Positions 40,301 to 53,734 of a stretch of 64,000 nucleotides of DNA are shown in pieces. The notes below the pieces were generated by a model. It had not been told where the DNA came from. It did no database searches and saw only the letters and a list, made by a program, of their open reading frames with translations. Within the stretch, counting starts at the first letter, position 1. Each line of letters begins with the position of its first letter. Source of the DNA: Okamejei kenojei (lineage: Eukaryota); assembly GCA_035221665.1 (NCBI GenBank), contig CM069144.1, positions 29,636,001 through 29,700,000 on the forward strand, read 5' to 3'. A program made the translations under genes and the position numbers.

Positions 40301-40837
40301 CCTATCAGCCAACAAGCGGTAAATCATGTGCTGAGTGAGTAAGCTGAGTAAATTGTTTGCAGAAATATCTGCTCAGTCTCACCTTTCTCATGTTGAGCAG
40401 AAGACAGAGCATAACTTAATTTACCAGGCTTGGAAACTCATTACCCCAAATAGTAGAGTGTCAACAGATTAATGTGAATACTTAACCTTCAGCAATCCCA
40501 GATAAGTTTGGGATGACTTTGGTATGACTTTTACCAATTTGTTGCATACTGTAGGATTCCACTTTATCTGACAACATGAATTTTGTTTTGGCACTTGCAA
40601 TGTATTAGTTTTCTCTTTTTTTTCTAGATGGTGATAATGCAACTGTTGCACAGTATCACATCGTGAATTAAATCTCCATCAGTGTGAACCAGCGGCCAAT
40701 GAGGCAAATCTGGGGCTTATGGAGAATAGATAATGACTCCAGTATTAAGATTTGTTGTGGCCATTTGCCACTGGGGTTACTCTTCTCAGTGTGAAAGAGC
40801 TAGTCCCTTCCCTTCATGCTCTAGAGACCTCACCAAC

Positions 40838-41143
40838 CTTCCCACTAAACTGAACCAGGGTGAGCGGTCGTAAAACGGGTCCTGGCCATCATGGTGGAAC
40901 TGGTACCCTTCGTCTCCCCCCAGGTCAGAAAAGGGATCATCCAGAAAGATTTCATCGTCCAGCTCCTCCTCATCCTCATCCTCATCCTCCTCCTCCTCCT
41001 CGTTTCCATCATGGCGCTCGTCTGCGAGCTCAGTGATGTCAGAGTCAGGGTTCGAGAAGGTGGGGGAGGGGGTGAGATCAGCCATGCGCTCAGTCATGCA
41101 AGTGTTGAAAATGGGAGTACTAGTACAGCCAGAGACAGGGGAA
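40838..41143 (-). CDS. KIF1A: KIF1A acidic poly-Glu cassette exon (equivalent of human exon 25b)
   Basis: 306 nt, phase 2-2, tag|...|gttggt; SPVSGC...ERMADLTPSPTFSNPDSDITE...EEEEEDEDEDEEE...DPFYDRSPWFSLVG. Confidence 0.93.
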
Positions 41144-42114
41144 CTAGGGTTAGTACAAGACAAAGACATGTTAAAAAAAACCTCATCATTCAACAATAGG
41201 CCCAAAACTCTCTGACTGACACCTATCATCAAGATTCTGATAAATCTGCTCCACAGAAACCTGAAATCAGCAAGCTTTGGTCAGAAGGTGTTTCCCTCTT
41301 AAAGATCTGCTGTCAAAAATACACGTATTAGGCTGCCAATGGGCACAACATTCACGCATAGGGCAAGCTCAAAGGGAATATTCACCTCATTCAGGTCACA
41401 GTTGAAATAGCAATAGATATTTGAGTTTTTTTAAGAATGAGAGGAAGAAATTGCATGGAATGGTTATAAAAGTTAAAAGTAGGCAAACAAAGTGTTGGTC
41501 TTAAGGTTCTAGATGGTACCACTTCCTGATATTGTTATTTTACCAATGAGCTCTAGAACACTGGCACAAAATCAGAAGATACCCTAACCCTTTCCCAGAC
41601 ACTGCAGTGACCCATGACCACTTCTGACCAATTTCTTACTGATTTCACAGATCTGAGGGCCAGCTTCAGAACACCACAATCTGATCCTTTATCCCGTTAG
41701 AGTACTTCACACAGCAGACCTTGCGCCTGGCATCCACCTCAATGGATCGTCACATGGCCTGGCCATCACCGTGTTTGCCTCCTCTGCCCCTTAGTTCATG
41801 CCCCTACTCAATGAAATAACCACAGTACGACCACCCTTCCATTCACTGTGGCGTTGCTCTGTTTTAAGTATATATATCCAATTGTCACCTGATGCTTCTT
41901 TTGCTACCATTTAAACAGTGCATTCAGGTCATGACAAATTTGTATTTAGAAATATTCTCATCCCTCTCAGTTTATTTCGCTAAAGGCAATATTCAGGTGA
42001 ACATTTTCAGGAAACAGATACTATGTATCTAGTAATCTAATTAGTAAATAATACTCTCTCCACCCTTCGCTGCTCACCAAGTGAACAATTATTTATGGAG
42101 TGGCCATCTAATGG

Positions 42115-42425
42115 AATCACAGCTGCAGGAACCCAGGTTTCATCCTGACCTCAGGTATTGACTGCATGTATTTTCATGCAACAGCATGGGCGTCACCTGG
42201 ATGATCTGGTTTCCTTCCACATCCCAAAGATGTGCCAGATGGCTATTGAAAATGACCCTTTCATGTAGGTTTATGGCAAAAAGACTCAAAGTGGAGTTGA
42301 TGGCCACGTGCCAGAGAGGATAAGTTGCAGGGCTGCTGGGAAATGAACAGAGGGAGTAGGATAATGCTGGGATGGTCTCCTGGGAGCCAGCGTAGATCTG
42401 TTAGGCACGAGGGACTTCCTTCTAT
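42115..42425 (+). mobile_element. Decayed V-SINE/HE1-like SINE
   Basis: cccaggtttcatcctgacctcagg (B-box region) and ctggtttccttccacatcccaaagatgtgc (V-domain-like). Confidence 0.55.
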
Positions 42426-43532
42426 GTTATTAGACGATGAGGATGCATGTTTGGGACTAATCCAAGCGGTGGACAACTGGATTTTATAGCTGACCGCAGG
42501 ACCACATCCCAACCCCTTTCAAACCCAGTTAATTGTTATTTTAAGTTGGATACCAATAGAATCAAAATCAGAGTTTTGTTTAGCAATCAGTACATTGTCT
42601 AACGCGTCAGCATCACTTGCCCTCGTTCAATGTTAACCTGGCCTGCTCGTTCTTCTGATGCACACACTGTTTCAGCCAAGGCTGGCTGTATTTATGGGTG
42701 GAAATCTGAATCAGCCAGCACATAGATTGATCGGTGAAGTGGATGCCCAGAGCAAGATTACCAAAAACACTTTCAATATTCAGTATCTTCAAGTGAAATG
42801 CAGAGGAAGTGTAATAGTATATCAAGAAATGTTACAAACAATAGCAATCATTTCATAGGGATATCACAATATGACACTCCTACAAGTGCATTATTCACCA
42901 CTTATTTACATCGCTCCCTGCATCAGGAGGAATTTCTCTTTATCTGGGCAAGAAACAATTCCATGAGTTGCACATAATTAACCCGCTTGTCCAAACATTA
43001 CAGCTGTTACACAACAAGCTCATCCCCTAAAACAGGTGGAAGATGTACCATTGATAATGGGTAGGCTGTACAAGCTGAGGAGCAGGAGAAGCACCAACCA
43101 CACAGTATGTGGTGCGCTGCATGGGACGGCGAGTAAAGTGTGCATGGGGAGAAGTGAACAATACAAGGTATGTAGCTTGGGAAATGATCAGTGGCGCGTT
43201 TGGAATTTGGAAAAAAATAGGCAGAATGGAGTGAGAGGAATGAGGGGAGGGAGGTCACACTTTCCCAGTATCTAAACGGACAGGTATGGCGATCATTCAT
43301 TAACTGCACCAGCTCATTCTGCACAGACATAATGATTGCAAGGACTGATGTTACACTGATTCATTGATTGGACCATGAGTAGCACAGCCACACTAATTGA
43401 AATGACATATGAAGTTGGTCCATTGATCACACTGAACGATGACTCATTTAATGATTTAAATGTTTGGTGTCTGGACTAACTGATGTCATTTTCTGCAATG
43501 AAGGTGCTGACTGGTATGACTCTATTGACTAA

Positions 43533-43660
43533 TACCAAGGAACTGGAGATGCTGGAATCTGGAAGATAACACAAAGTGGTGGAGTAATTCAGTGGGTAAG
43601 GCAACTTCTGTGAAGGGAATGGACAGACAAAGTTTCTGGTCAGGACCCTTCTTCAGACAA
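43533..43660 (-). mobile_element. Penelope-derived terminal fragment with hammerhead core
   Basis: Minus strand reads CTGAAGA-AGGGTCCTGACCA-GAAAC (43656 to 43632), followed by the family tail. Confidence 0.6.
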
Positions 43661-44159
43661 GTTGCACTGATTACTGTGATGGCGTGACACAAATCAAATG
43701 ATTATACTGAAGTGATAGCACTGACATTTGTCACACTGTCCAGTGACTGCAATGACAGGTTTCGCACTGCTCTGATGATTGCATTAAAATTCTATGGATT
43801 CAAGAATGATTTCCATAGATTGAAAGGGTGCAAATGTAACCAATCATTTGAAAAAGGAGACAGAGAGTCAGGAGGAGGGAAAATGCTGGAGTTTATAATT
43901 AAGAACAATGGAAGTCTCAGAGAATTATATTGTTGTTGTGTAGAGTCAAAATGGATTTATGAAGCAGAATTTGACAAATCCATTGGAGTATTTTTGAGAT
44001 TGTAGTAGGCAGAATAGATAGATATGGTGCATGTGCTCTTTCAGAATGACTTTGATAAGGTGTCAAATTAAGAGATGTCAAACAAAAATAAAGAGGCCAT
44101 AGTCTCAGCGATGATATACTGTTGTGGGTTGAGGATTGGTCAAGAAGAGAAAACATTTA

Positions 44160-44870
44160 GAGCTACTGACTGTCGCCCTTTAGTTCTAACATCAACCATA
44201 ATTAAGTGTTTTGAAAGACTGGTAATAGCTCATATCTGTGCCAGTCTTCGAGCAATCTAGATCCCTTGTAGTTTGCATATGGGAAAAATAGACCCACGAG
44301 GATACCATCTCTCTTGTATCACGTTCAGTTACAGATCATTTTGACAATATGAATACCTATGTCAGGATGCTTTATATTGTCTACAGACCAGCCTTCAACA
44401 CCATAATACCGATTAAGTTCATCCCTAAACTTCTGAACCTTGGCCTTAGGGCCTTCAAATGGCTTCTGGACTTCTTGATCGGTAGACCTCAATAAGTTTG
44501 AATTGGGCATAATATTTCCTTCATCTTGTTGGTACCCTTCAGTGTTGCGTGCTCAGTCACTTGCGCTACCTCCTGTACACCTAGGGCTGTGTGGCCAACT
44601 ACAACACCAACTCAATGGTTACATTTGTTGATGATATTGCTGTTGTTGGCCATATCAACAACAATGATAATACGGGATACAGGGATGAGATTGAAAACCT
44701 TCTACAACAATTTAGCCCTTAATATCAGCAAGACAAAAGTGTTGATTGTTGACCTAAGGAAGCAAAGAGGTTGATCAAGCTCTGAACTCATCAACTGAGC
44801 TGCTGTCGAGATGGTTGACAGCTTCAAGTTCTTTTCACCAGCAATCTGACCTGGTGCTTTCACATTACCA
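44160..44870 (+). mobile_element. Rex1/Babar-like LINE RT fragment, decayed
   Basis: DCRPLVLTSTIIKCFERLV...LALNISKTKVLIVDLRK. Confidence 0.8.
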
Positions 44871-44909
44871 CTGGACCCTGGTCCTCCAATAAGATTAGGG
44901 TTGACCTAA

Positions 44910-45686
44910 AGGGGCTGTCCCACTGCGGTGACCTAATCCACGAGTTCAGAAGAGTGTCTTCGACCTTCAAGCTCGAGGGCACTCGCCTGAGAAACCTCTA
45001 ACTGGATCGACCGTAAGCGATGAAACCTTGAGCTGGATCGACCGATCGCACACACACACACATACAAACACACACCGCAAAGGCGGGGGCCAGGGAAAGC
45101 GGGGGAGCGCTGTCTGAAATTCACACCCATGATGAAGGTAAAAAACGGCTGCACAGTACGGTAAGTCCTTTAGCGAGCGCGGGGGTGAGGGGGGAGGGGG
45201 AGAAAAGGTGAGAGAAGGAGAGAGAAGGAGAGAGAAGGGGAGAGAAAGGGAGAAGAAGTGAAAGAAGGAGTGGAGACACTTTTAAGAAGTCAGACAACAT
45301 TTAATAAAGTTTAGCGGGCATTTTACCTACCGGTCAGTTTTCCTTGGTCCTGAAAACTCCAATGAGCCAATTAAAATGCCCGGTCAGCGAAGGAGATTGC
45401 CTATGGCTGCCCTCGACTTCCTGTTACTAAATAGCGACCCCACTCCACTGCACTACGAGAACCATGCCGACCAAATTTTACTCCCGGAAATTTTTTTAAC
45501 ATGCTGAACATTTTTCTGCTACCTAGCTGAGGCCGCGTGTATGCGGGAACTTCCCTTGAGCATGAAGGAGAGTCCCAGTGACCCCATAGGACCTCCTCGG
45601 ACCACGTGTCGACCACGCTGCGAGTTTGAGTCAAAGCCAAACTCTTCTAAACACGCAGATTAGGTCGCCGCAGTGGGACAGCCCCT
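44910..45686. mobile_element. Non-autonomous DNA transposon (PIF/Harbinger-type MITE)
   Basis: TIRs of about 46 bp (aggggctgtcccactgcggygacctaatc...agaagagt), flanked by TAA (44907-44909) and TTA (45687-45689); internal CA and GA repeats; no transposase. Confidence 0.8.
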
Positions 45687-45899
45687 TTACTGTAATCTCA
45701 AGTTTGCATTCTAATATAACCTTTCACCCCTTTGCTTCTTAAGGGTCTGTCTATTCCTGTCTTAATATTATTCAAAGACACTGTTTCCGCCACCCTTTGA
45801 GGAACAGGATTCCAAAGACTCTAAATTCCCAGTAGAAAAAAAACACCACATCAAAAAACACAAACATTGTAGTGTGGAGAATATTTGTCGTGTGGGGAG

Positions 45900-46840
45900 T
45901 ATTTGTCCACCCATCTGCCAATCAGCCCACCCTATCTATCACTTGTCGTGCCCCAATCTTATTTCAGCTTTCTCACCCCCACAATAATCGATCTGAGGAT
46001 CGGTCCTGACCTGAAACGTCGCTTAACTATGTCCTCCAGAGGTGCTGCCTGACCCCCTGAGTCACTCCAGCAATTTGTATTTAGTTTAGTTTAGCTTCGA
46101 GATACAGTGTGGAGACAGGCTCTTCGGCCAACCAGCGAGTCCGCACCAACCAGCGAGCCCCGCACATTAATGTTATCCGACAGACACTGGCGACAATTTT
46201 ACATTTACACCAAGTACCTCTTTGGAGTGTGTGAGGTAACCCTTTGGTGGAGTAAGAGACAAAGTTAGAGGTAAAAAGGAAACAATAGGATATCAGGTAA
46301 CAAGAGGAAAGGGTGAAATGTAAAGCCAGAGGGAAGGATGTGGGTTATGGGGGATGGTAAATAGTGTACAAAGGTGGGGAGAGGAGCAGGGCCACAGTCG
46401 GGGGGGGATGTGCGGGTGACGGCGAGAGAAATGTGAGCGCACTGGGGAGTGGGAAAAATAAAGAGGGTGTGGCATGATGATACTTGAAAGTGGAAAATTC
46501 TACATTTATACCAAAGCTAAATATGAGATGTTGTTCCTCCAGTTTGTGCGTGGCCTCAATCTGGCCCCAATCTTTTCTGCTGTCCGCAGAGACCATAATG
46601 TCCACATCTTTTGGTTGATTCATCCCTTACCACCTAACCCGCCCCTTCTCCAGGTACTTTCTTCTACAATCGCAGGATAGGTAACACCTGTCCTTATACC
46701 TCATTGCCCACATCCATCCAGGGATCCCAGCAGCCTTTCCAGGTGAGATAGAGGTTTACATGCAGTTTGAATCTCATTTACTGCATTTGGTGCTCCCTAT
46801 GCTGCCACTTTTACATCGTCGAGACCAAGCAAACTAGGAC
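45900..46840. mobile_element. Cluster of rearranged Penelope-like fragments plus a SINE piece
   Basis: Hammerhead-like ctgaggatcggtcctgacctgaaacgtc (45993-46020); minus-strand KLEEQHLIF..VEFSTFK (about 46480-46556); plus-strand FTCSLNLIYCIWCSLCCHFYIVETK (about 46755-46830). Confidence 0.7.
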
Positions 46841-46869
46841 ATGATGCAACCCTCTACTTTCCACCACAC

Positions 46870-48320
46870 GCTTCTGGACATTCTCTAGAGGACTTGGAGA
46901 AATACTGAATCTCCTCAAACATCTAAGGAAGTAGAGGCCTTCTTTGTAATTGCATCAATATGCTGGGGCCAGGACACATCTTCAGAGATATGTATGCCCA
47001 GGAACCTGATGCTATTGACGCTCACCACCACCATCCCACCAGGTCCATGGTCTCTTGACTTTCCCTTCCTGAAGTCAACAAACAGCACTCTGGTCTTGTT
47101 AATATTGAGAGCGAGATTGCTGTTCTGACACCACTCAAAAAGATTAACGATCTCCCCTTATTTTGTCATTACCCCTTATTTGTCCCACCATGGTGGTATC
47201 GTTGGTGGTGATGAAGACGGCGTTGGAGCAGTGTCTGCCTGCACAAACATGAATATAGAGAAAGCGGAGCAGGGGACAAAGCACAGAGCCCCGAGGTACC
47301 CCCATGCTGATGGTCAGCGAGGAAGAGGTATTGTTGCCAATTCATACTTATTAAGGTTTCCCGATGAAGAAGTCAAGGATCCAGTTGCGCAAGGAGGAGC
47401 AGAGACCCTGTTCTCAGAGTTTAGCAATGAGTTTGGAAGGGATGATGGTGTTGAACGACACCAGTCCGTGCAGGTTTTGAGAACATGGTCAGGTACATCA
47501 GGGCCAGATGCGGTCTGAGGGTTCAACCTCAAGGGGGATCTTCTGATTTCAGCCTTGGACACTGAGATCACTGTGGTGTCAGGGACCGCGGTGGCCATAA
47601 AGATACATTGTTGCTCTCCTTTTCAAAGTGAGCATAGAAAGCATTAAGGTTGTCCGAGAATGATTCATTGCTCTCACTTATTCTACTTGGTTTCACATTG
47701 AAGGAAGTGCCACTGTTGCCAAGCATTTGCCTGACCCTCTAGTCCGGAAGTCCGGTCATTCTCAATGACCTTTTTGGAATTTGTACCTGGACTTCTTGTA
47801 TGACTCTGGATCGCCTGACCTGAAGGCCACAGATCTGGTCCTCAATAGATTGCTGATCTCCAAGTTCATTCAAGGCTTCTGGTTAGGGAACACTTGGATG
47901 GTCTTGGTAGGAGCACTTTTCTCCACACATTTCCTTATGAAGTTGGTAACAACAGTGGCATTTTTGTTCAAGCCCATTGCCAAGTCCTTGAATATCGCCC
48001 AGTCTACCGAGTCCAAGCAGTTGTGAAGTTGCTCCTCTGCCTCCCCTGATCTGGTCGACACAATCCTTTTCACCAGAGTTGAAATCTTCAGTCGCTGCCT
48101 ATATGCATAGGTAGCTCAGCCAGGTGAACCAATTTACCAAAGTGCAGCGGAGGGATGGAACAATAAACATCTCTCATGGTGGTATCTGTGCTCAAAAATG
48201 TTTGATCTTCTGGTGCTGCAGGAGACATGCTAATGGCAGTTTGGAAGTATCTTCTTCAAGCTAACCTTGTTGACGCCTCCGTTAATAATTGAGAAGATGG
48301 TGGAGTACATTGTCCAGAGG
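46870..48320 (-). mobile_element. Rex1/Babar-like LINE fragment, decayed and internally deleted
   Basis: CLDSVDWAIF..VTNFIRKCVE..PTKTIQVFPNQKP and LNPQTASGPDVPDHVLKTC. Confidence 0.8.
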
Positions 48321-48321
48321 A

Positions 48322-48607
48322 CATAGACACATAGAAAATAGGTGCAGGAGGCCATTCGGCCCTTCGAGCCAGCACCGCCATTCATTGTGATCATGGCTGA
48401 TCGTCCCCTATCAATAACCCGTGCCTGCCTTCTCCCCATATCCCTTGACTCCACTAGCCCCTAGAGCTCCATCTAACTCTCTCTTAAATCCATCCAATGA
48501 CTTGACCTCCACTGCCCTCTGTGGCAGGGAATTCCATAAATTCACAACTCTCTGGGTGAAAAGGTTTTTTCTCACCTCAGTCTTAAATGACCTCCCCTTT
48601 ATTCTAA
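48322..48607 (-). mobile_element. CR1-clade LINE 3' end
   Basis: RIKGRSFKTEVRKNLFTQRVVNLWNSLP, with catagaca/catagaaa tail. Confidence 0.9.
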
Positions 48608-49279
48608 TTGACATCATTGACTACGGCATATATTTCCTTAAGTGTATGCCGAACGTCTACCTGAGCTGGGATGTGGAATGCAGTCATGGAAGTGAATTCC
48701 CTTGGGACACAGAAGAGACAGTACTTCTCTGCTAGGTGTTGCAGGTCAGAGGAGCAGGAGTTGGACAATGTCTGAGCATCACAAAGAGTTTATTATGAGA
48801 TAGACGTCGGCTCGTTCTTTCTGGTCCATATGATGGATTGAAAAACCTTTGGGCTAGAGGCCGAACATGGAAAACTGGGGGTAAGGTATGTCTCTGTGAA
48901 ACAGTGCACACACAGCTTCCCTCAAGTCCCTTTGGTAAAGCAGTCTTGCTCTTAAGTCTTCAATCTTATTTTCTCAGGACTGTACATTAGCTAAGAGGAT
49001 GCTTGGAAGGAAGGTGGGAGGGGAGAATTGTTGTTGCCAACACTTCATTCTTAGTCTGAGTCCGCCCTGGAGTGCATGTTATTAGGCATAATGGAGGCCA
49101 CGCCAGCTATGCCAGGTACTGTACTTGCAGATCTCGTGTGTCTATCAGGTGATCATTAGAGAATATTCATTTAAATCATTCAGAAGCCTGTTAGTTACAC
49201 CACCAATTTGTGACATTTCTCTTTGCATTAAAAGTTTTAAATGGATATATTTATGATTATCCTGCTGACTCATCTCACA

Positions 49280-49760
49280 ATGTATGTGCACTGACTAGTT
49301 CCAGTGTTAGTGTTTGAACGATCTGATTCTATAGTGCTAGATATTGCACAGATATTTATCACAAGGTTAGAGTTTGCACTGATTAGTTTCACAGTGCTAT
49401 TTTTGAAACTGACTGATTCCATAGTGTCAGTGTTTGTATTGACTAGTGTCACACTGTTAGTGTTTGCTCTTGCTGGTGTCACAATGCCAGTGTTTGCACA
49501 GCCCGATGCCACTGTTTTAATGTTTACACAGGTCTTTGCCACAGGGTCAGTGTTTGCATTGATTTGTCCCACAATGGCTTTGTTTGTACTGACTGTTTTG
49601 ATAGTGTCAGTGTTTGTACCGACAGTTTCACTGTTAGCACTGACTGATTCAACAGTATCAGTGTTTACACTGACTGGTGCCCCATGCCAGTGTTTACACT
49701 TGCCAGTGTCACAGCGTCAGTGTTTGGACTGACTGATTTCACAGTGAATGCACTGACTTA
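49280..49760. repeat. Degenerate 30-bp minisatellite, about 15 copies
   Basis: Unit approximately cacagtgtcagtgtttgcactgactggtgt; produces 10-residue periodic ORFs on both strands. Confidence 0.85.
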
Positions 49761-50129
49761 TGTCAGACTGACTTGCGGGAAGTATCACACTCACCTTTTC
49801 ATAGCACTGACTCGTGGTGACACGAAGACTCAGTGATTTAGTTGCACATTATTTTGTTGGTACGTTCCATAAACTGAAATACTAAAATCTTAAATATTCT
49901 ATGCAAGGATCTAAATTTCATCAAACAGTAAGATTGCTCTACAACAAACTGCAGACAAATGACCGTTTGAAACAACGGAATAAAACATTCCTTACAGTGT
50001 GATATAGTGACATCCTTCAGAATGACGGATTCTCTCCTACAGTCCAGCATGTCTGCCATGGTCAGTCTGGCGAACAATCATTATAGCTCTGGGCCTGACT
50101 CCCCTTCCATCCTGATATCTTCCATTTCA

Positions 50130-50730
50130 TGAATATCCATATGCCTATCCCAAAGCCCCTTACATGCCACTATCATATCTGCTTCCACCACCAACCCTGG
50201 CAGCACATTACAAGCACCCATCACTCACTGTGTAAAAAAACATACCCCGCACATCTCTTTTAAATTTTGCCTTCCCTCCTTCAAGCTATGCTCTCTAGTC
50301 TTTAATATTTCCATTCTGGGAGAAAGGTTCCGATCGCCTACCCTATCAACTGTATGTCTCTCATAATTTTCTAACTTTTTATCAATTCTCTCATCAGCTT
50401 TTGACACTCCAGAGAAAATAATCCGTTTGTCCAACCACTCCTCATAGCTAATACCCTTTAATCTGGGCAACATTCTGGTAAACCTCTGCACACTCTCCAA
50501 AGTCTTCACATCCTTTCTGTAATGGGGAGAAGAGAACAGAACGCAATACTCCAAACATGGCCTAAACAAAGTTCTAAAGCTGTAAATGAGCTTCCTGGCT
50601 CTTATACTCAATACCCTTCTGATGAAGACAAACAAACCGCCTTCTTCATCATTCCATCTGCTTGTGTTGTCACTTCTAGGAAGCTGTGGGTTATGTCCCC
50701 AAGGTCTCTTTGTGCATTAGTGCTGTTAAT
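50130..50730 (-). mobile_element. Older CR1-clade LINE fragment
   Basis: RPCLEYCVLFSSPHYRKDVKTLESVQRFTRMLP. Confidence 0.85.
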
Positions 50731-51889
50731 GAGCTAGATGAGCACTTGAATTGCCATGGCATAGAAAGCGGGAGATGTAATGCTGGGAGATGGCATTAGT
50801 GCAGCTATGTATTTGTGAGTAGGTGCAACATGGCGGGCCAAAGGACATTTCACAGTATTGTAGGATTCTATGATATTCGTTATCCAGTTAGGTTTATATG
50901 ACAATCTGACTTGCATCCTCTTGAACTTGCAACCCTTGTTGCTGTGATATGATACCAATAAATTTTCCATGTTCACTAACTTATCTACTGGGCTCCTCCA
51001 TATCCAGCATACTAAATCACACCTCCTAAAGGTTAAGTGGCTGGTTGTATTCAGCTCTGAAACTATAGGCTCTGCAGAAACCAGGAAAATCAAGCAAGGT
51101 GAAGCTCAACAGGAAAGGGCTAGGATCAACCACCATAGTTTTCCTGAATGGTGCAGCAGAATCCAAAGGACCAAATGGACAATATTAACAACAATGTTAA
51201 AAAGTATTTTATTGAGTACATCAATAAGTATGAAAGCTGCATATTTAAAACAGCTTCCTTTTTACTGCTCAGATACACAGAAGGTTGTGATTCTTCAGGA
51301 TTATGCGCTTTCCTCTCACAATCTGGGGAATAAACCGGATTGATAAACAGGAAAATGTGCACAGGATTTACACTGTAATTGGAGGCGTGACATGGCTCTG
51401 TGGTTGGTTATTCTGCCATTAGTGGTTGATCTCCTTGGGGAACTAATGCCACAGCAGTAGTTTGGGAAAATGGCAGTATCCAACAAATCCACATTGCCCA
51501 TGATCTCTGAAAGTAAAGCCTCCTGACTAAGCCTGTTACCCTTCTCCTTCAACCTTCTCTGCAAATTGTTGGCCATCCTTTTCTCCACCTCCTCCTCTGC
51601 CTGGCCAAGCCCCTTCTTGGTGCACACAATAGTCAATATTGCATCTCAGATGTCTTTATTGAAAAGTGTCACATTAAACAGATCTAACAAACTTCTTCAC
51701 CTGCTGCTCATCAACAACATACTGTGAAAGAATTGAAACAGTTGAGAATCCTCTTACTTGAATAGTGCATGTGACGTGGTGTGGAACTGTTTGTGAAGGT
51801 AAGTGGGGTTTTCATGCTGCTGAAATCACGTTCATGCTATGCGCTAAATAATCACAGATCAATATGGAAAGATAGGTATAAATTCAGAA

Positions 51890-52363
51890 TTACACAATGG
51901 TTGCCTGCGCCGATACATCCAGTATGTCAGCGACTCTGGGGGAGAAGGAGGAGGAGGCGAAGGCGGCAGGGGTGGAGGGAGGGGGAAGCGGGGGCGTGGG
52001 GGGGTCGGGGGTGAGGCCAAGTGGACAGAACAACAAAGGGATGAGGAGGAGGCGACAGTGGAGCGGGAAGTGGACAAAGCGATCGGCCGACAGGAGCCAG
52101 TGAGAGGAGAGGGAGCCTTATGGTGACCGAGCACTTCCTGTTGGTGGCAGCGGCCCGAAGAAATGCTGTCCCCAGGGGCTACAATGCAAGCCTCAACAAC
52201 TGTCAACAGTGCAGTGGGTGAAGAGGGCCTCACTGGTGCACATGGCGAATCGGGGGTGGTGTTGGAAGCCAGGGTTAGGGTGTGAGCCCTGGGAAGGTCC
52301 GCAGGTCTGTCCGCTACATCCGGAATCCATTATAAAGGGGTCCATTAACACGAGTGTTTACTG
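51890..52363. mobile_element. GC-rich probable pogo/Tigger-like MITE remnant (one end visible)
   Basis: Ends ...ccattaacacgagtgtttactg|TA; matching left end not found. Confidence 0.3.
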
Positions 52364-53275
52364 TATTTGATATGTAGAATACAACCCAAGTGATCCAATT
52401 TCCTGGCCTCTCCCTTGTTGTACTTGCAGACATTTTCTTGGAGAAAGACAATCCTGCTGCCTCAAGAGGTGAGCTAGCAATCTTCCTGAAGATGAGGGTC
52501 AGGTATGTGGGCCAAGATACTGGTGTGATAATATAATGTAGAAAGGCAGAAATTTAAAAGTTGAATGAAAGATAATGGGGTATAAATGGGATTCATAGGG
52601 GATAATGGGGGATATAAAGGAGCCACGTACCATCTCCCTGCAAATATTGACTAAACTCAGAATCTATTAAGCATGCCATCATTTTGTTTTCTCTGGATCA
52701 ATATCCTGAATTTCACTTTCTAACATCCCTGCAGCTTCTCAAGGAGTGCAACATTTCAAAGATAAACTTCCTATCAACTCCTCGGGTAAATTATGGAAAT
52801 AAATGCAATTTTCCTATCTTCTCCCAAATCCAGAGAATGTATAATAACAAAATACACAGGAAGATATATGTATGGATAGGCGACATTTTGGATTGGGACT
52901 CTTCCTCAGACTAACCACATCCTCCAGACATTCTGCCTGACCAGATGGATTACTCCAGTACTGTGTGTTCTACACAAGATTCCAGTACCTGCAGTTCCTT
53001 GTGCCTACATCAAAATCTGAGATTAGTGGTGGCACACCCTACTGAAGAGGCATTTGATGCCATCCTGACGGTTGGGATGACAACACGTGGATAGTGTATC
53101 TGTCCTGAGGAAGAGACACATACTACAGGCTGGAGTGTAAAGAAAGTTTCACCATCATTCAGATGAAGACAATGAGACTCCATAAAGAATTAGCAGAGAG
53201 GTTCTAGAGAGCGTAATACTTCTCTCTCAACCTTCTGTTGCTACTTCCATGGAGACAATGCTAGGGATGAGCAGT

Positions 53276-53454
53276 ATAGAAACATAGAAACATAGAAATT
53301 AGGTGCAGGAGTAGGCCATTCAGCCCTTCGAGCCTGCACCGCCATTCAATATGATCATGGCTGATCATCCAACTCAGTATCCCGTACCTGCCTTCTCTCC
53401 ATACCCTCTGATCCCCTTAGCCACAAGGGCCACATCCAACTCACTCTTAAATAT
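53276..53454 (-). mobile_element. CR1-clade LINE 3' end
   Basis: (catagaaa)n tail and a 3' UTR nearly identical to 6025-6195. Confidence 0.9.
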
Positions 53455-53734
53455 CCACATGCATCTGGACACTTAAACCTTGGAAAAATTGTATCCAAAC
53501 TGCACTGTAAAGAAAAGAACTACACTTCATTCAACATGGATACGTTGCTTCTGGGCTCTCTCGTGCCATCCAGATGAAATGGGTAAAGCTAATTTGTTTT
53601 CCAAATCAATTGAAACTAGAATTAGAAATATAAATGAACCTGTGTTTCACTGGTTTCACTGCTCATCTCTAAACATGACTAAACTATTAGTTATCATGGT
53701 AAACAACACTATAAATAGTTCATCACAATCTTAC

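Noticed and set aside
40891-41199. Plus-strand ORF with a poly-Leu/Ile transmembrane-like stretch
   Set aside because: It is the reverse complement of the GAG/GAT-rich poly-Glu/Asp exon.
51930-52320. GC-rich stretch as a CpG-island internal promoter
   Set aside because: Short, ends in a transposon-like terminus followed by TA, and has no associated first-exon evidence.
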